In this document: in pieces, positions 21,437-34,071 of the stretch
How positions within the stretch are numbered: the stretch's first letter is position 1
Layout of the letters: each line of letters opens with the position of its first letter
Assembly: GCF_009914755.1 (NCBI RefSeq)
Contig: NC_060948.1
Origin: the human T2T-CHM13v2.0 reference genome, Homo sapiens
Reading direction: 5' to 3' (one strand)
Length of the DNA: 64,000 nt
Program-made: the position numbers and the translations under genes
The notes under the pieces: model-generated
Database searches by the model: none
Seen by the model: only the letters and a program-made list of their open reading frames with translations
What the model was told of the DNA's origin: nothing

Positions 21437-23639
21437 CTGGCCTCCTCTCTGTTCCGCCTCTAGGGCTGACCCTCTCTCCATGGGATAGAACTGCAATGGA
21501 TTGAGCCATAGGCCCTGGCTGATGATCTAGGGGACTGCAGAAGTGGGTCCAGGACAGTTCAGGTGACAGTTCAAAGCCAATTCCCCAGAGACCAAGGAAT
21601 GACCAGCTAGGTCCTTTCCCATGATGCCCCACGGCGAACCCCACCTCAGCAATCCTGCCAAAACCCGGGCAGTCATGTTCAGCCAAACAGCTGAATGAGC
21701 TCAGGTAGGAGGTGTACTGCCTGCAGCTGGAGGCTTGACCTTCGTGATCCCAGAACCGCTGGACTGCAGTGGAATGAGACACCCTGTAGCCTGCAGGGAG
21801 AGGAGTCAGGAAGGTTCATGCCAGTCCCACCCTCCCACACACCAGCTCCCCTACCATGCTGGGAGGCATTCCTTACCGAGGATGCCAACACAGTGCTCCT
21901 TCATGATGATTTCACTGTGGAAATAAAGGTTGGGATGAAAGGAAATCATCCTGCCACCGGTAACCGGGATGGCTGAGTTCCTCCACCTGCCGGATCAAGG
22001 AGAAAGAGGATGGATTCAATGGGACCATCTCAACTAGCCGGGCTGAGGTGGCCTACTAGCTGTAGTGAACCATGAGTTTCCCCTTCCCAGCTCTCCCACT
22101 GAGACAACCCTGGTCCCCAGGGGGACCTCAAACTGACTCAGACACTGGACTCCTCCCACAGACCCAGGCTCCCCAGCCTGACCTGCAAATCCATCACGTA
22201 GCAAAGCAGGACTTCCGCATGCTTTCCGACCCACGCCGACATCTCGTGTGCCAAACAATCTACCTCTGCGCAAGAACTCTCCAGAGGATTGGGTGGGCAA
22301 GCCTCGTGACGCCTTGCAATTTCGCAAGAACACAGACAATGTGGAACAGGGCCATCTCCCAGACATTTGGCCAGTCACCCTTCATTGTTGGCCCTCTATC
22401 TCTGTCTGGCGAGGAGGCAACGCCACAACTGTGGTGGTTTTTGGAGTGGGTGGACCCCGGCCAAGACGGCCTGGGCTGACCAGAGACGGGAGGCAGAAAA
22501 AGTGGGCAGGTGGTTGCAGCTGAGGGACGGGAGGGACCGGGGGTGGTGTGAGGCGGCTGCTTCTCTGGGTTTCTGAGATGCAGGAGGCCTTTGTGTGCTG
22601 GGTGCTGGACATGCTCCGCTGATGTCCGGGTGTGTGGTGTCCTCTTATCCTAGTCTCCCTGAGGGGTGGGCCTGTCCACCTGAGGGAAGCCTTGTAGTTA
22701 GAAGCCACAGCAGGGTCGTGCCTGGCGCTCTCCAAGGGAATTGCGTGGGTCCAGAGGAAGTTATACAGGCTCAGGGCCTACACGCCTTTGAGTGCAGCGC
22801 CTGCAGTTGGATGAATGCGCATCTGCGGAGCTGGTGCCCGCCGTCAGGTGGTCGGCAGCCCCATGCGCCGCGAACCCGTCTTAAGCACCTTGCGTTTCTG
22901 GGGTGAGCCTGCTGGAAACAGGCACCGAGAGCAGGGGTGGTTCAATGGCTGGTAATGGCATACAGATTCCCCGTCCTCCAGGGACGTTCCCAGGGAAACG
23001 CGTCCTTCGAATTTGGGCTGTGCGCAAAGGGACCTTGGCGCCGCGATTCTCCCTTGTCAGTGCTGGCCCTGGCTCCCCTTCCCTACCACGTGCTCCCAGG
23101 GCTGCTACAAGCGAGCTGCCCTCACAGCTGCGGGAACGTGGCCTCGGCTCCCACGCTGTCCCCCATCCCCTGCCTCCTGGCTGACCCCACGTGCCTCCCA
23201 CCTGGCTGCTCCCCGCAAACAGCCCCCATACCCCCCGAGGCCCGATGACTATCCCCTGCTGCCCGCCATCCCAAATCGGCAGCCGCAAGGATATGGCTCT
23301 GGCTCACAAGGCGGAGATGCTCTGTGGCCTGGGGCATTCACGGAGCCCAGCTCCAAGTGAAGGACCTCCAGCGAGTCCATTGACGGCCCCGGTGTGCTCG
23401 GTCCAGGGCCAGGCTGTGCCCGCTGGCCCTCCTTCTGCCACCCCACGTCGGGCTCCACCTCAACCACCACCTCCACCTCAGCCATGATGTCTTCCACCTT
23501 CAGCACCGCCTCCTCTTCCAAGGCCGCCTCCTTGCTCTGTACCCCGGCCGTCCTCTCCAGCATTGCCTCCAGCCTGAACACGGTTTTCTCCTGGGTGCTC
23601 CCACAGACCCTGGGCCTGCGCAGCCCAGCCCAGCCCAGC
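21437..23639 (-). pseudogene. FAM197Y: Head-to-head degenerate TSPY paralogue (FAM197Y), copy 2
   Basis: Copy of 1138-3340 at offset 20,299. Confidence 0.85.
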
Positions 23640-24636
23640 CCATGCCCCGCACCCGTAGGCTCTGGGGGCCCGCTCCCCAGCAGACCCGCTCCCTGCAAGA
23701 CCCACGGGCGTCGCCCTGCTGTGAACCTGGTCCCACACCTACGTGGACCCAGGTTTCCTGAGGAGCTCCGCTGGACCCGCAGATCCCGCACTGGCCAAAG
23801 GGCTCCGGTCCCCAGCAGGCTCAACTGCGCACAGGAGCTCGGGAGCCAGAGGCCCCGGCCCTGGGCTTGCAGAGCCCCACCAACAGGCACCGCAACCGCT
23901 GCTGCGGGTGCGGGAGCCTCTGGGTCGTCAAGGCAGCGCACAACAGCGTGCGCGCAGGCCGACAATGGCCACCCCTGGCGGCTGGCCTCTGGTGTGCCCA
24001 GGGCATAGGACAAGAGGCCCTTTGGAATGCTCCTTGGAGTACAGCATCCTCAGGGAGGAAGCATGGTACTCGGAGCCTCTATTTGCCTCGACCTGTGAGA
24101 GTGTGTGCCGGGGCTCTGGCCTCTACAGCAGATCAATTCCACCTCAGCACCGGCAGGCGACTTTCCTCCCACGTGCCCGCCCCGATCACTTCCCCCAGGA
24201 CACCCCTGCCGCCCTAGCCCCAGCAACCAGAGAGAGTTCTCTGCATCTGCTGTATTACCTCCGTACCATCTACCTGGCCTGCCTAACGAAGAGAGATGTT
24301 TCCTGTGTTCATGACACATAGAGATGTTCATGGCTTGCCACACTGAGGATGTCAGGGCACAGGGCTGCCATGCCCACAATTCCAAAGGCCACGCAGCCCG
24401 CGTGTGCCCGGATGCCTAGCTACCCGGCACAAGCTCCAAGGGCTTCTCGGAGGAGGCTTGGGCAGGGAAGGCGGGGGGTGGGGGGGCTGGAGATGCAGGC
24501 CCGCCAGTGGCTGTGCCGCCCAGGGAGACGCCCACCGCCCTCCCATTGATTGGCCACGACCGGAGGAAGTCGGCCTGGGTGCGGCCCCCCGGCCCTTCGC
24601 GCGCAGTCCCTTAGGGGGCGCCTGGAAGCCCGGCGC

Positions 24637-27199
24637 ATGCGCCCTGAGGGCTCGCTGACCTATCGGGTGCCAGAGAGGCTGCGGCAGGGTTTCTGTGGCG
24701 TGGGTCGGGCAGCACAGGCCTTGGTGTGTGCGAGTGCCAAGGAGGGCACCGCCTTCAGGATGGAGGCTGTGCAGGAGGGGGCGGCCGGGGTGGAGAGTGA
24801 GCAGGCGGCTTTGGGGGAGGAGGCGGTGCTGCTGTTGGATGACATAATGGCGGAGGTGGAGGTGGTGGCGGAGGAGGAGGGCCTCGTGGAGCGGCGGGAG
24901 GAGGCCCAGCGGGCACAGCAGGCTGTGCCTGGCCCTGGGCCCATGACCCCAGAGTCTGCACTGGAGGAGCTGCTGGCCGTTCAGGTGGAGCTGGAGCCGG
25001 TTAATGCCCAAGCCAGGAAGGCCTTTTCTCGGCAGCGGGAAAAGATGGAGCGGAGGCGCAAGCCCCACCTAGACCGCAGAGGCGCCGTCATCCAGAGCGT
25101 CCCTGGCTTCTGGGCCAATGTTGTATCCTTCTCAGTGTTTCTTCGGCCTTTCTAGTGGAGAGGTGCTCTCGGGGAAGTGTAAGTGACCGATGGGCAGCTC
25201 GGCGTCGATGTGACTCTTTGGGGAACAAAGGGGAGTTGCCACGGACCAGTGTGGCTGTGGAAAGCCGGAGCAGGCGTGGGTACTATTGTCCTGCATGCGG
25301 CAGAGAAACCCTTGGTGATGCCGAGCAGCAGACGTTTGGGGCATCTTTTTGAAGAGCAGAAGCGAGTTCAGAGCGGAAGAGGTTTTTCAGTGAATGAAGC
25401 TATTTTTAAGGGAGTGTGATTGCTGCCCCTTGCTAGTCCGATCTGGGACTGGGCGTCTTCGGCTATAAGCAGATTCTGCCACTCCTCAGACACCAGCAAG
25501 TCTCTGCAAATCGCGCCTCCCCATGTCAGTGCAGTCAGCCTCAGAATCATACACCCTCTGTGAACACAGGAGGCCTTAGTTTACGGGGACGGGGAGGCGA
25601 AAGGAGATCATACATGGAAGCAGATCTGAGAAATCCCCTACCCCAGCCTCTGGGTGCTCTTAGGCCTTCTTCCCTGTTGCTCCTCGCTTTCCCTTCCATC
25701 GTGTGTAAAGTCTCTTTGACCTAAATCAGATTGCAAACCACCCCCAGATGTCAGCCCTGATCACTGACGAAGATGAAGACATGCTGAGCTACATGGTCAG
25801 CCTGGAGGTGAGGCCAGGAAGACTGGGGCTAGAGGGTTTAGCGGGGGAGGGTAAGGGAAATAATTCATTCCTGTAAGCAAGAGTGAGCACCTCACCCGAA
25901 AACCTATCTAAGCTTTCTCCACCTTGTCCTGACAGGTGGAAGAAGAGAAGCATCCTGTTCATCTCTGCAAGATCATGTTGTTCTTTCGGAGTAACCCCTA
26001 CTTCCAGAATAAAGTGATTACCAAGGAATATCTGGTGAACATCACAGGTGACAGGTGGCTCCCAGGATGGGTAGTGGGAGGAAGATGGTGGGTGGATCAT
26101 TGCCAACGGGATCCAGCCCCCTTCCCACAAAAACTCCTGTCTCTGTAGAATACAGGGCTTCTCATTCCACTCCAATTGAGTGGTATCCGGATTATGAAGT
26201 GGAGGCCTATTGCCGCAGACACCACAACAGCAGCCTTAACTTCTTCAACTGGTTCTCTGACCACAACTTCGCAGGATCTAACAAGATTGCTGAGGTGAGT
26301 CCTCACTGGGAAACATGAGGAATGACCCCGTGTGTTCCCAGCTGCTTGGGTCACCTTTCTGAGCCCTGATGAGGCCTTTCCCGATTGAGTCCCCTGACAG
26401 ATCCTATGTAAGGACCTGTGGCGCAATCCCCTGCAATACTACAAGAGGATGAAGCCACCTGAAGAGGGAACAGAGACGTCAGGTGAGCCGTTAGTTGGCA
26501 CTGGAGCTGTTTGATGCCCAGTATAAGGGGGTTGACACACCTGCCTATTCAGGGAGCCTGGGTGCTCATTTCAGAAATGTAGAAATTGAGGCTCCTTTCG
26601 TACATGTAGAAATTCCTTGAGAGGAAGACAGAGAGTGACAGAATCCAGGACGTTCATGGCATTGGGCTGAAAAGGCACGTTAGAGACTGCACTGCAAAGC
26701 GGGTGATAGCTGTGGAGTCTTAAGCCCAGTGAAGAATCGTCCATTTCCAGAATCAATGAGAAGTAAAGCTGAAAATCATTCAGTTCAGTCTGTGGCACTT
26801 GATTCCACGGCTGTCAACCCCACCGGCAGTCATCCCACCAACCCCATGAGATTGGGCTCCCTGAATGTGCGTCCTGGTCATCCTTGCCCCAAACCACAAA
26901 GGACTGTTTAGATTGATGGATTTCCTTAAGCTGTTGCCCCATCAGACTTGTGTGTGCTTTTAGGGCCCAGTGCATCTTGTTAGCTGACTCCCCTCACAGA
27001 CAATACTGGGAATGGGGCAGGGATTGCGCAGAACAGTTTGTAACACGTGGTAGGAGGAAGTTTAAGGGATCACAAATGGGGAAGGGATATCCTTTTCTCA
27101 GCGGGCCCCACAATTGAAACATTGCAAAGTATGGCTCAGAGAAAATGCGTTTTAACATGAGTTTGTGTTTCTCTAGGGGACTCCCAGTTGTTGAGTTGA
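24637..27199 (+). CDS. TSPY: Testis-specific Y-encoded protein, 308 aa, copy 2
   Basis: Exons 24637-25122, 25730-25807, 25936-26047, 26149-26294, 26401-26482, 27177-27199. Splice sites and frame intact. Confidence 0.97.
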
Positions 27200-27369
27200 A
27201 TATGATGGAGCATCAGATTTTACCTAATACAGCAGAACTCCTAAAAAGTTACAGCCATATGCAGGACGGCAGTACTCAGCATGGTCTTATGCACAGGAAC
27301 TAAAGGAAAAACAGATCGAGTCACAAAAATTCAGGAAGAGGGGGTAAATGTGGATTGTATGGAATGAAA

Positions 27370-27375
27370 AATAAA
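27370..27375 (+). terminator. TSPY polyadenylation signal, copy 2
   Basis: AATAAA followed by a GT-rich tract. Confidence 0.85.
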
Positions 27376-30300
27376 CATTCTCAAGGATGTGTGACTCTGT
27401 GTCTGTGTGTGTGTGTGTGTGTCTTTGTGTTTGTGTGTGTGTGTGTGTGTGTGTATGTTTATCCACTTTATTCGGGTGTCATAATGAATTGATCAATCCA
27501 CGTGCTTTATTCTCTTCATGGAAATAACCAGTCTGCGTTGGAGCTGGGCCTCTAAAGTTGTAGAGTGAATGGGTGTGGGATGTGTTGGGATTCTTCCTAC
27601 AGGACAGAGTGGGAGAGGTAAAAGCAAAAGACAGCTTAGTTGGAGGCTGACTTCGTCCTGTGGAAGCAGAGATAGTTCAAGGAAAGGGGTTACTGGGTTT
27701 CCAGGGCCCAGTTTGCTGGGACCTCCAAAATCCTTCATTTTGGGTATCATCATACACAGTAGCTAAGCACAGGATGATGGAAATCTTAAAGTTCGCTTTC
27801 GTGTTGAATCCACATGTTCTTTTAAAGGTGAATGCATGATCCTTTTCTGGGACAATCAGCCTCTCAGGACTTCTGAAACATCAACGTGAGAAGAAATGGG
27901 CATGTAAGGTGTATGGAGGGACTGTGGGAAAGGTGACAGAGGCATGTGGGAAGGCATTCAGGATACGCTTTTGGCATAGATGACTAAGGGAAAACAGAAA
28001 CTTACAGAAGTGAGGGGAAAGGGGGTGGATTAGTGGAATATAAGATTGTTGGAGAATCCATCCATGGACTCTCTTGTCACTTGATGACCCAGGATATGGA
28101 CACTCTTGTTGATGTTTACATCTTTAGTTGTTTTAAGCTTTTCTCCAAGATTCTGTGTTAGGTGAGGAGCCAATAACGTATGTAGCTAACAACAGTACGA
28201 GTGCATTTTGTGCTCTTGCAAAGTCTAGTGAGGCTCTATTCTCCCTCGTGATTGGCACTGCAGATTGTATCTGGAGCCCAGGGCCCCTAAATTTTCTGTG
28301 GCCTCTTCAGCATAGTTTGCCTAAGGTTTAGAACGTAAAGCGAATATAGTTGCGGAATATGTTTTGCAAGCCTCACACAGGAGGACAAAACATACAGCTT
28401 TCATTCGCGAGTGGGAGGCTGCTTCCCAGGAACACGTGTGTCTGCACAAGACAAGGGGTTGCCTCTGTCAAGGATGGGGCAGGAGGATTTCAGTGTCGGA
28501 GGCAGAACTTTCTTTCCTGTTCCCAGATGAAACAGTTCCAACACGAGCATCCATGTTGACCACACGCTACTAGAGTGCTAACATTGCTGTCCCGTATAGA
28601 CTCTGGTCAGCACAGCTTCTGTGAGAAGAGCTATGTTGTTTCAGGGAAGAGGGTTTGACAGTCAAAGTTCCTGAATCTGTTGTGGTGCCTGCAATATGCA
28701 TTCTACCCCTCCTGCTCGGTGTCAAAGCAGTTGAGCTTTGAAAATCTATCGCCCGGTTTTGTCCCTGCTCCTATGCAGACCTCTGAAGCTCTGGAGCGGG
28801 AGTCTTGTCCTCCTCTGACTACCGTCCCCCTGACCCACAAACACAGGAGAAACAGGTGTTCTAAGCAAATTATTCTGAAAACAGTCGGAACCCTTTGGCC
28901 CCCTCAAGCTGCCCTGTATCCTACTGTGTGCATGTCAAAGACACTGTGGTCCAGTACGGTATCCCTATAGCGGCAATGGGGCAACAGATTGGTGTGTGCA
29001 CTCTGGGCAACTCAGATTAGGAAACGTCTGGGGACTTGCCTATAACGAGGTCGTCTTAAAACGTGTTGCCCCAAATTTAAGGCATAGGAAAATGTTGAGG
29101 AAAGGGTCTTGCAATGATTTTTCTAGGAGGTAAATAGATAAGAAAATGACCGTAAATAGATGCCAGGGCTAGTTTTGGAGCTAGCCTGTTTTAAAGTGGT
29201 GGTAGGGGAGGAGCTTTTTCCAAGGCAGGTAGCAAACCAGGAACTGTCTACGATGGATGGGCGTGCCACGGGTTGGTGGCTCAGCCATATTGCCACCCCA
29301 CCGACTGAATGCAGCAGACTGGGCTTCTTCCTTGAATCCTACGTGCAATTCAGTCTAGTGATTTCACATGAGATCCCTTCTTCTGGTATTATCACAGATC
29401 GTGCTGAATTATACAGGCTGTGTAATGCTTCTTCCACTGAATATCCGTGCACGTGGGCCACAGATGCTAAGGGCACTGACAAATTTGCACCGTGCCTCAG
29501 TAACTCGGAAGCACATCTGTGATTTGTACCGACAGGGACTTGGTGTCTTTTCGTGTTTAAAGTAGCACGTGTGTGTTTGTGGTTGCGTATGTTTATTTCT
29601 CTGTGCGGGTTTGTATATTTTCTCTGACTCCACCTGTGTCTCCGTGGTTCCGATATTTTTCCACACTCCCTGCGACAATTTGCACATGCCTATCTCTACA
29701 ACCATTGTAGACTTTGTATCTGTGTCTTTGAACATCTGTCACTCTCTCTCCCTTCCTTTTTTCTTTTCCTTCCTTTACACCCCTTTCATCCTTCCCTTGC
29801 TTCCCCACCACACTCTCTCCATCTGTATCGTCTATCTTTCTATTCTCTATCTGGGTTTACTTTCTAATTCTGAATTCAAGGGCATTGAATTGAAAAGAAG
29901 CACTCTTCGTACTTTTATGTGTTTTAACTCATTTGGGGAATTTGGCGTGGTATTATTTACAGGGTTCTCTCTGCCCTTTCTCATTGTTCTCCCCAGCCGG
30001 GGCTGTTATTATGTGAAAGCTGGTTTCCTTCATCACATCGCGTAGGCTCTAATGATGTTTCGTTTATTTTGATTCTCCTCACACTACATAGTTTTAATTT
30101 ACCTAATGTGACTGTTTTTTTGTTTGTTTTCCGAGAATGGGTCTTACTCTGTCTTCTAGGTTGGACAGCAGCCCCACGATCTCAGCCCACTGCAGCCCAG
30201 GCACCACACACCCATGTGATCCTGTCAACTCAGACTCTCACACACCTGGCAGTACAGGTGCATGCCACCCCTCCAAGCTATGTATTAATTAACTAAATAC

Positions 30301-30560
30301 TTACTTTTTGAATGTGGGTCCATGTTGCCCCAGGCTCATCTGGAACTCCTGAGTGCAGGCAATCCTCCCACCTCAGCTTATCAAAGTGCTGGGATGACAG
30401 GTGTGACCCATGGCCCTGCCATGGCTTTGTGTTTTTTGCTTTTTTCTTCCTCCTCCTCACGTCTTGTTTTGAAACATGCACTGAAGGTTTCAATTCATGG
30501 ACTATAGCCTCTGTGCCTGGAATTTCTATCTTTCAACTCATCATCAGCATTCATTGGGAT

Positions 30561-30597
<37 letters not shown>

Positions 30598-30830
30598 CCT
30601 ATATAAGAATACCTATGTACACACATATATACGTATATACATGTATATACGTATATATGCACATTTATATACGTATATACATGTATATACGTATATATAT
30701 ACATGTACACATATGTATTTATTTCTCAAGTTACGAAACGGCTTGCATTCTTTCCTGTGTCATGAAAAAGACTTTGCTAGAAAAGAAAAGCACTGCTTTA
30801 TAATAAAATATTTTATTTGCATTTATTTTG

Positions 30831-32581
30831 TTAAGGCATTTTAAAAATTGTATGTTTGTTTAAAAAATGTCATATGAAATGATACATATTTACAACTTAA
30901 GGCGTGATGTTCAACAGGTCATATACATTATGCATTGGATACATCCAGCCAATCAACATATGTGTGACCTCACATAGTTGTCATTTTTGTTGTGAAAAAA
31001 CTTGACCTGCACTGTATTCGAATATTTTTAGAGAAAGAATATGTTACCACTAGTTATAGTGAGCATGCTGAAGAAAATATTTTTAACCTATTCCTCCTTT
31101 ATAACTAGAAGTATGAGTTCTTCATCCAGCATCTCGTCAGTGCACCCTCTTCACCGCAGTCATTGGAGTCACTACTTCTGTGAAGTCCGCTTTTTTGATT
31201 TCATATAAGAATGAGATCATGTGCTATTTTCCTTTCTGATACCTGGCTTATGTCACTTAACAGAATGGCATGCACACATTCAGCAGATTCCCACACATTC
31301 TCACAACTGGCAGGATTTCCTGATTTCTTATTGCAGCGCATATTTACGTTGCGCATATGCGTTTTTGCCCCATTTTTTAATCCACTTATCAATGGAGGGA
31401 CACTCAGGTTGCTTCCGCATTTTGGCTACAGCAAAAATGTAATGAGTGCAGCAATAATTGCATGGGTGCGCGCACCGCTTCAACATACTGATCTGTGTAC
31501 TGGCGGGCGTGCCCGGGTATTCTGATTTGCTGGATCATATAGTGGGTGGTTCTACTTGTAGATTTCTGAAGGCTGTTTATACTTAAATAAGAGCCATAAA
31601 GCTTCTTTAATGCCAGCACTAATTTACATTCTCCCCAAAAGTGAGCAGGGAATTCGTTTTCTCTGCCTCCTCACCAGAGATTAGGGTTTTCTTTTCTTTC
31701 TTTTTTTTTTTTTGTTTGTTTGTCTTTCGGATAATATGCATTCTGACTGAAGTGAGAAGAAATCTCATTGTGTTTTTGATTTGCATTTTCGTGATGGATT
31801 GGGGATAATGAGGAATTTTTAGTGTGTCTTCTGGGCAACTGTATGTCTCAGTTTCACAAATGAGTCTTCGCAGCCTTCGCCCATTTGTTTTCATGCTATT
31901 GAGTTGTTGGGAGTTCCTTATGTACTGTGACTATTCCCCCATGAACAGATGTATGGTGATCCAATCATTGCTCCCATCCTGTAGGATGCCCCTTCTGTAT
32001 GTTGAGTTTTCTATGGTGTGGTGAAGCACTTTAGTTTGATATGATTCCATTCTCTATTTTTGATGGTGTTTACTGTGTTCTTGCAGTCACTTTGAGACCA
32101 TCATTGCACACACGGACGCCATGGAGCTTCTTCCTTGTGATCTCTTCTGCTATTTTTATCGTTTCACATCTGACACTGGAGTTTGGTGATAAATAATCCA
32201 CTTGTAAAATCCTTTGTGTGGCTATTCAGATTTCCCCAACCTAGTTTATAGAAGATACTTGATTTTGCATTGGTCGTTCTTGCTTCTTTGGGAAAAGGCT
32301 GTGAGCTGCAAATGCAGTGACTTAGTTCTGGGCTCCTGTTGTTTTTCCTAAGCTCTAGTCTCTGCTTTTCTGCCAGTGCTATTGTATTTTGGTACAAAAA
32401 GTTTTGTAGTAGTATATCATGAAGTTAGGTAGTGTGGTGGCTCCAGCTTTGTGCTTTTTACTGGATTGCTCTGGGTTTTCAGGATCTTCTGCCATTTCAT
32501 AGCAAATTTGGGATTCCCAGATTGTTTTTCTAAGAAGAATGTGTCATTGATATTTTTACAGGGGTTGTATAGAATCTGAGG
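30831..32581 (-). mobile_element. Old LINE-1 fragment, copy 2
   Basis: Copy of 10540-12290. Confidence 0.85.
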
Positions 32582-32660
32582 ATGACTCAGGTAGTAGTGA
32601 TGTCAATGCCGTTTAGACAATGTGCGTGTTTGTGTGCACAAGCTCAGGGCCAAGAGACAC

Positions 32661-34071
32661 TGGGTGTCCTCACCAATACTGAGGTGGGCCTTAATATCCA
32701 GCCAGATTGCCTTCTGGAAACACACGGAATGTCCTGTTCTGTTTTGCCATCTCTTCACATTTCCTCCCCTGTGAGCCCTGTGTGGTCCTCCAGATTCCCT
32801 GTGCGGTGGCCTGCCTTTTTTGGGGTGGGGAGTTGCTGGGTGAATGAGGATGGCGGAGGGAACCAAGTATGTCAGTGGAGCGTGGTGTCATCCAAACGGT
32901 ACTTAGCAGGCCTGGGAGAGTCATTCTGGGAGGACGCAGACCTAGAGAGGCCTCAGGTGGGCATCTGTGTGGAGGGTGAGAGATCCCTGGTTGAGCCCAA
33001 ACTGAACCCCAGGTAGAAGCAAGCCTCAGGACAGGGAAGTAGCTAGCAAGGGATGATGAGGGAGCTATCTCTTGACCCTGGCTTCCCACCCATTGACCTT
33101 AGCTACTTGTGCCTATTAAGCAGATTACGGTTCCCCCATCGTGAAATGTGGGTACCACAGTTCCCTGATGGGCATTTCTCCACCAGCCCATGATGGCCTG
33201 AGTTTCCTTACTGCAGTCTCCTCCCTGAGCCTTGGCTTCTCTATGTGTGTCCTAACTCCAGGACCCACAGGCCTGTCAACCCCCAGCCCTGGGCTGCTTC
33301 CCTGGCCTCTTCTCTGTTCCCTCTCTGAGGGCCTAACTCCCTTGGGTAGTGCTGCAGAATATAGAGCCACAGGCCCTGGCTGATGATCTGGTGGACTGGG
33401 CAAATTGGTCGTGACAGGTCAGGTTCTGGTTCAAAGCCAATTCCTCCGATGCCAAGGAATGTCGAAGAAGGTCCTTTGCCATGATGCCCCATAGCTGCCC
33501 CACCTCAGCAATCGTGCCGTAACCTGGGCCCTCACAGTCAGACAACCAGCTGAAGAAGCTCAGGCAGTGACCTGCGGGAAACTCGGGCTTTCACCTGCAT
33601 GACCCTAGAACCACTGGACTGCAGTGGAGCCAGTCGCCCTGTATCCTGGAGGGAGACGAGTCAGGAAGGCGCACGCCAGGCCCAGCTCCCGAGGTACTAC
33701 CCCCTCTACTCCTCAGGGAGGATGCCAACGCAATACTCCTTAGTCGTCACTTTGTTTCCGAAGTAAATGTTGTGATGAAAGGCAAACTTCTTCCTACCCC
33801 TTGTATTCAGGGTGGCCGAGTTCCTCCACCTGCCTGTCCAAGAAGGAGAAACAGGGCTGTGAAGGGGCAATTTCATCTAGGTGGGCTGAGGTGGCATTCT
33901 AGCCGGGGTGAAGCATGCGTTTCCCCTTCCCAGCTTTCCCGCTGAGACACACCTGAGCCCCAGAAGGACCTCAACCTGACCAGGACCTTAGCACCCTCCC
34001 CCAGACCCAGGCTTTCCATCCTGACCTGCAAATCCAACATGCAGCTTTGAAGGACTTTCTCATGGTTTCTG
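32661..34071 (-). pseudogene. Second TSPY-like relic, copy 2
   Basis: Copy of 12370-13780. Confidence 0.85.
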
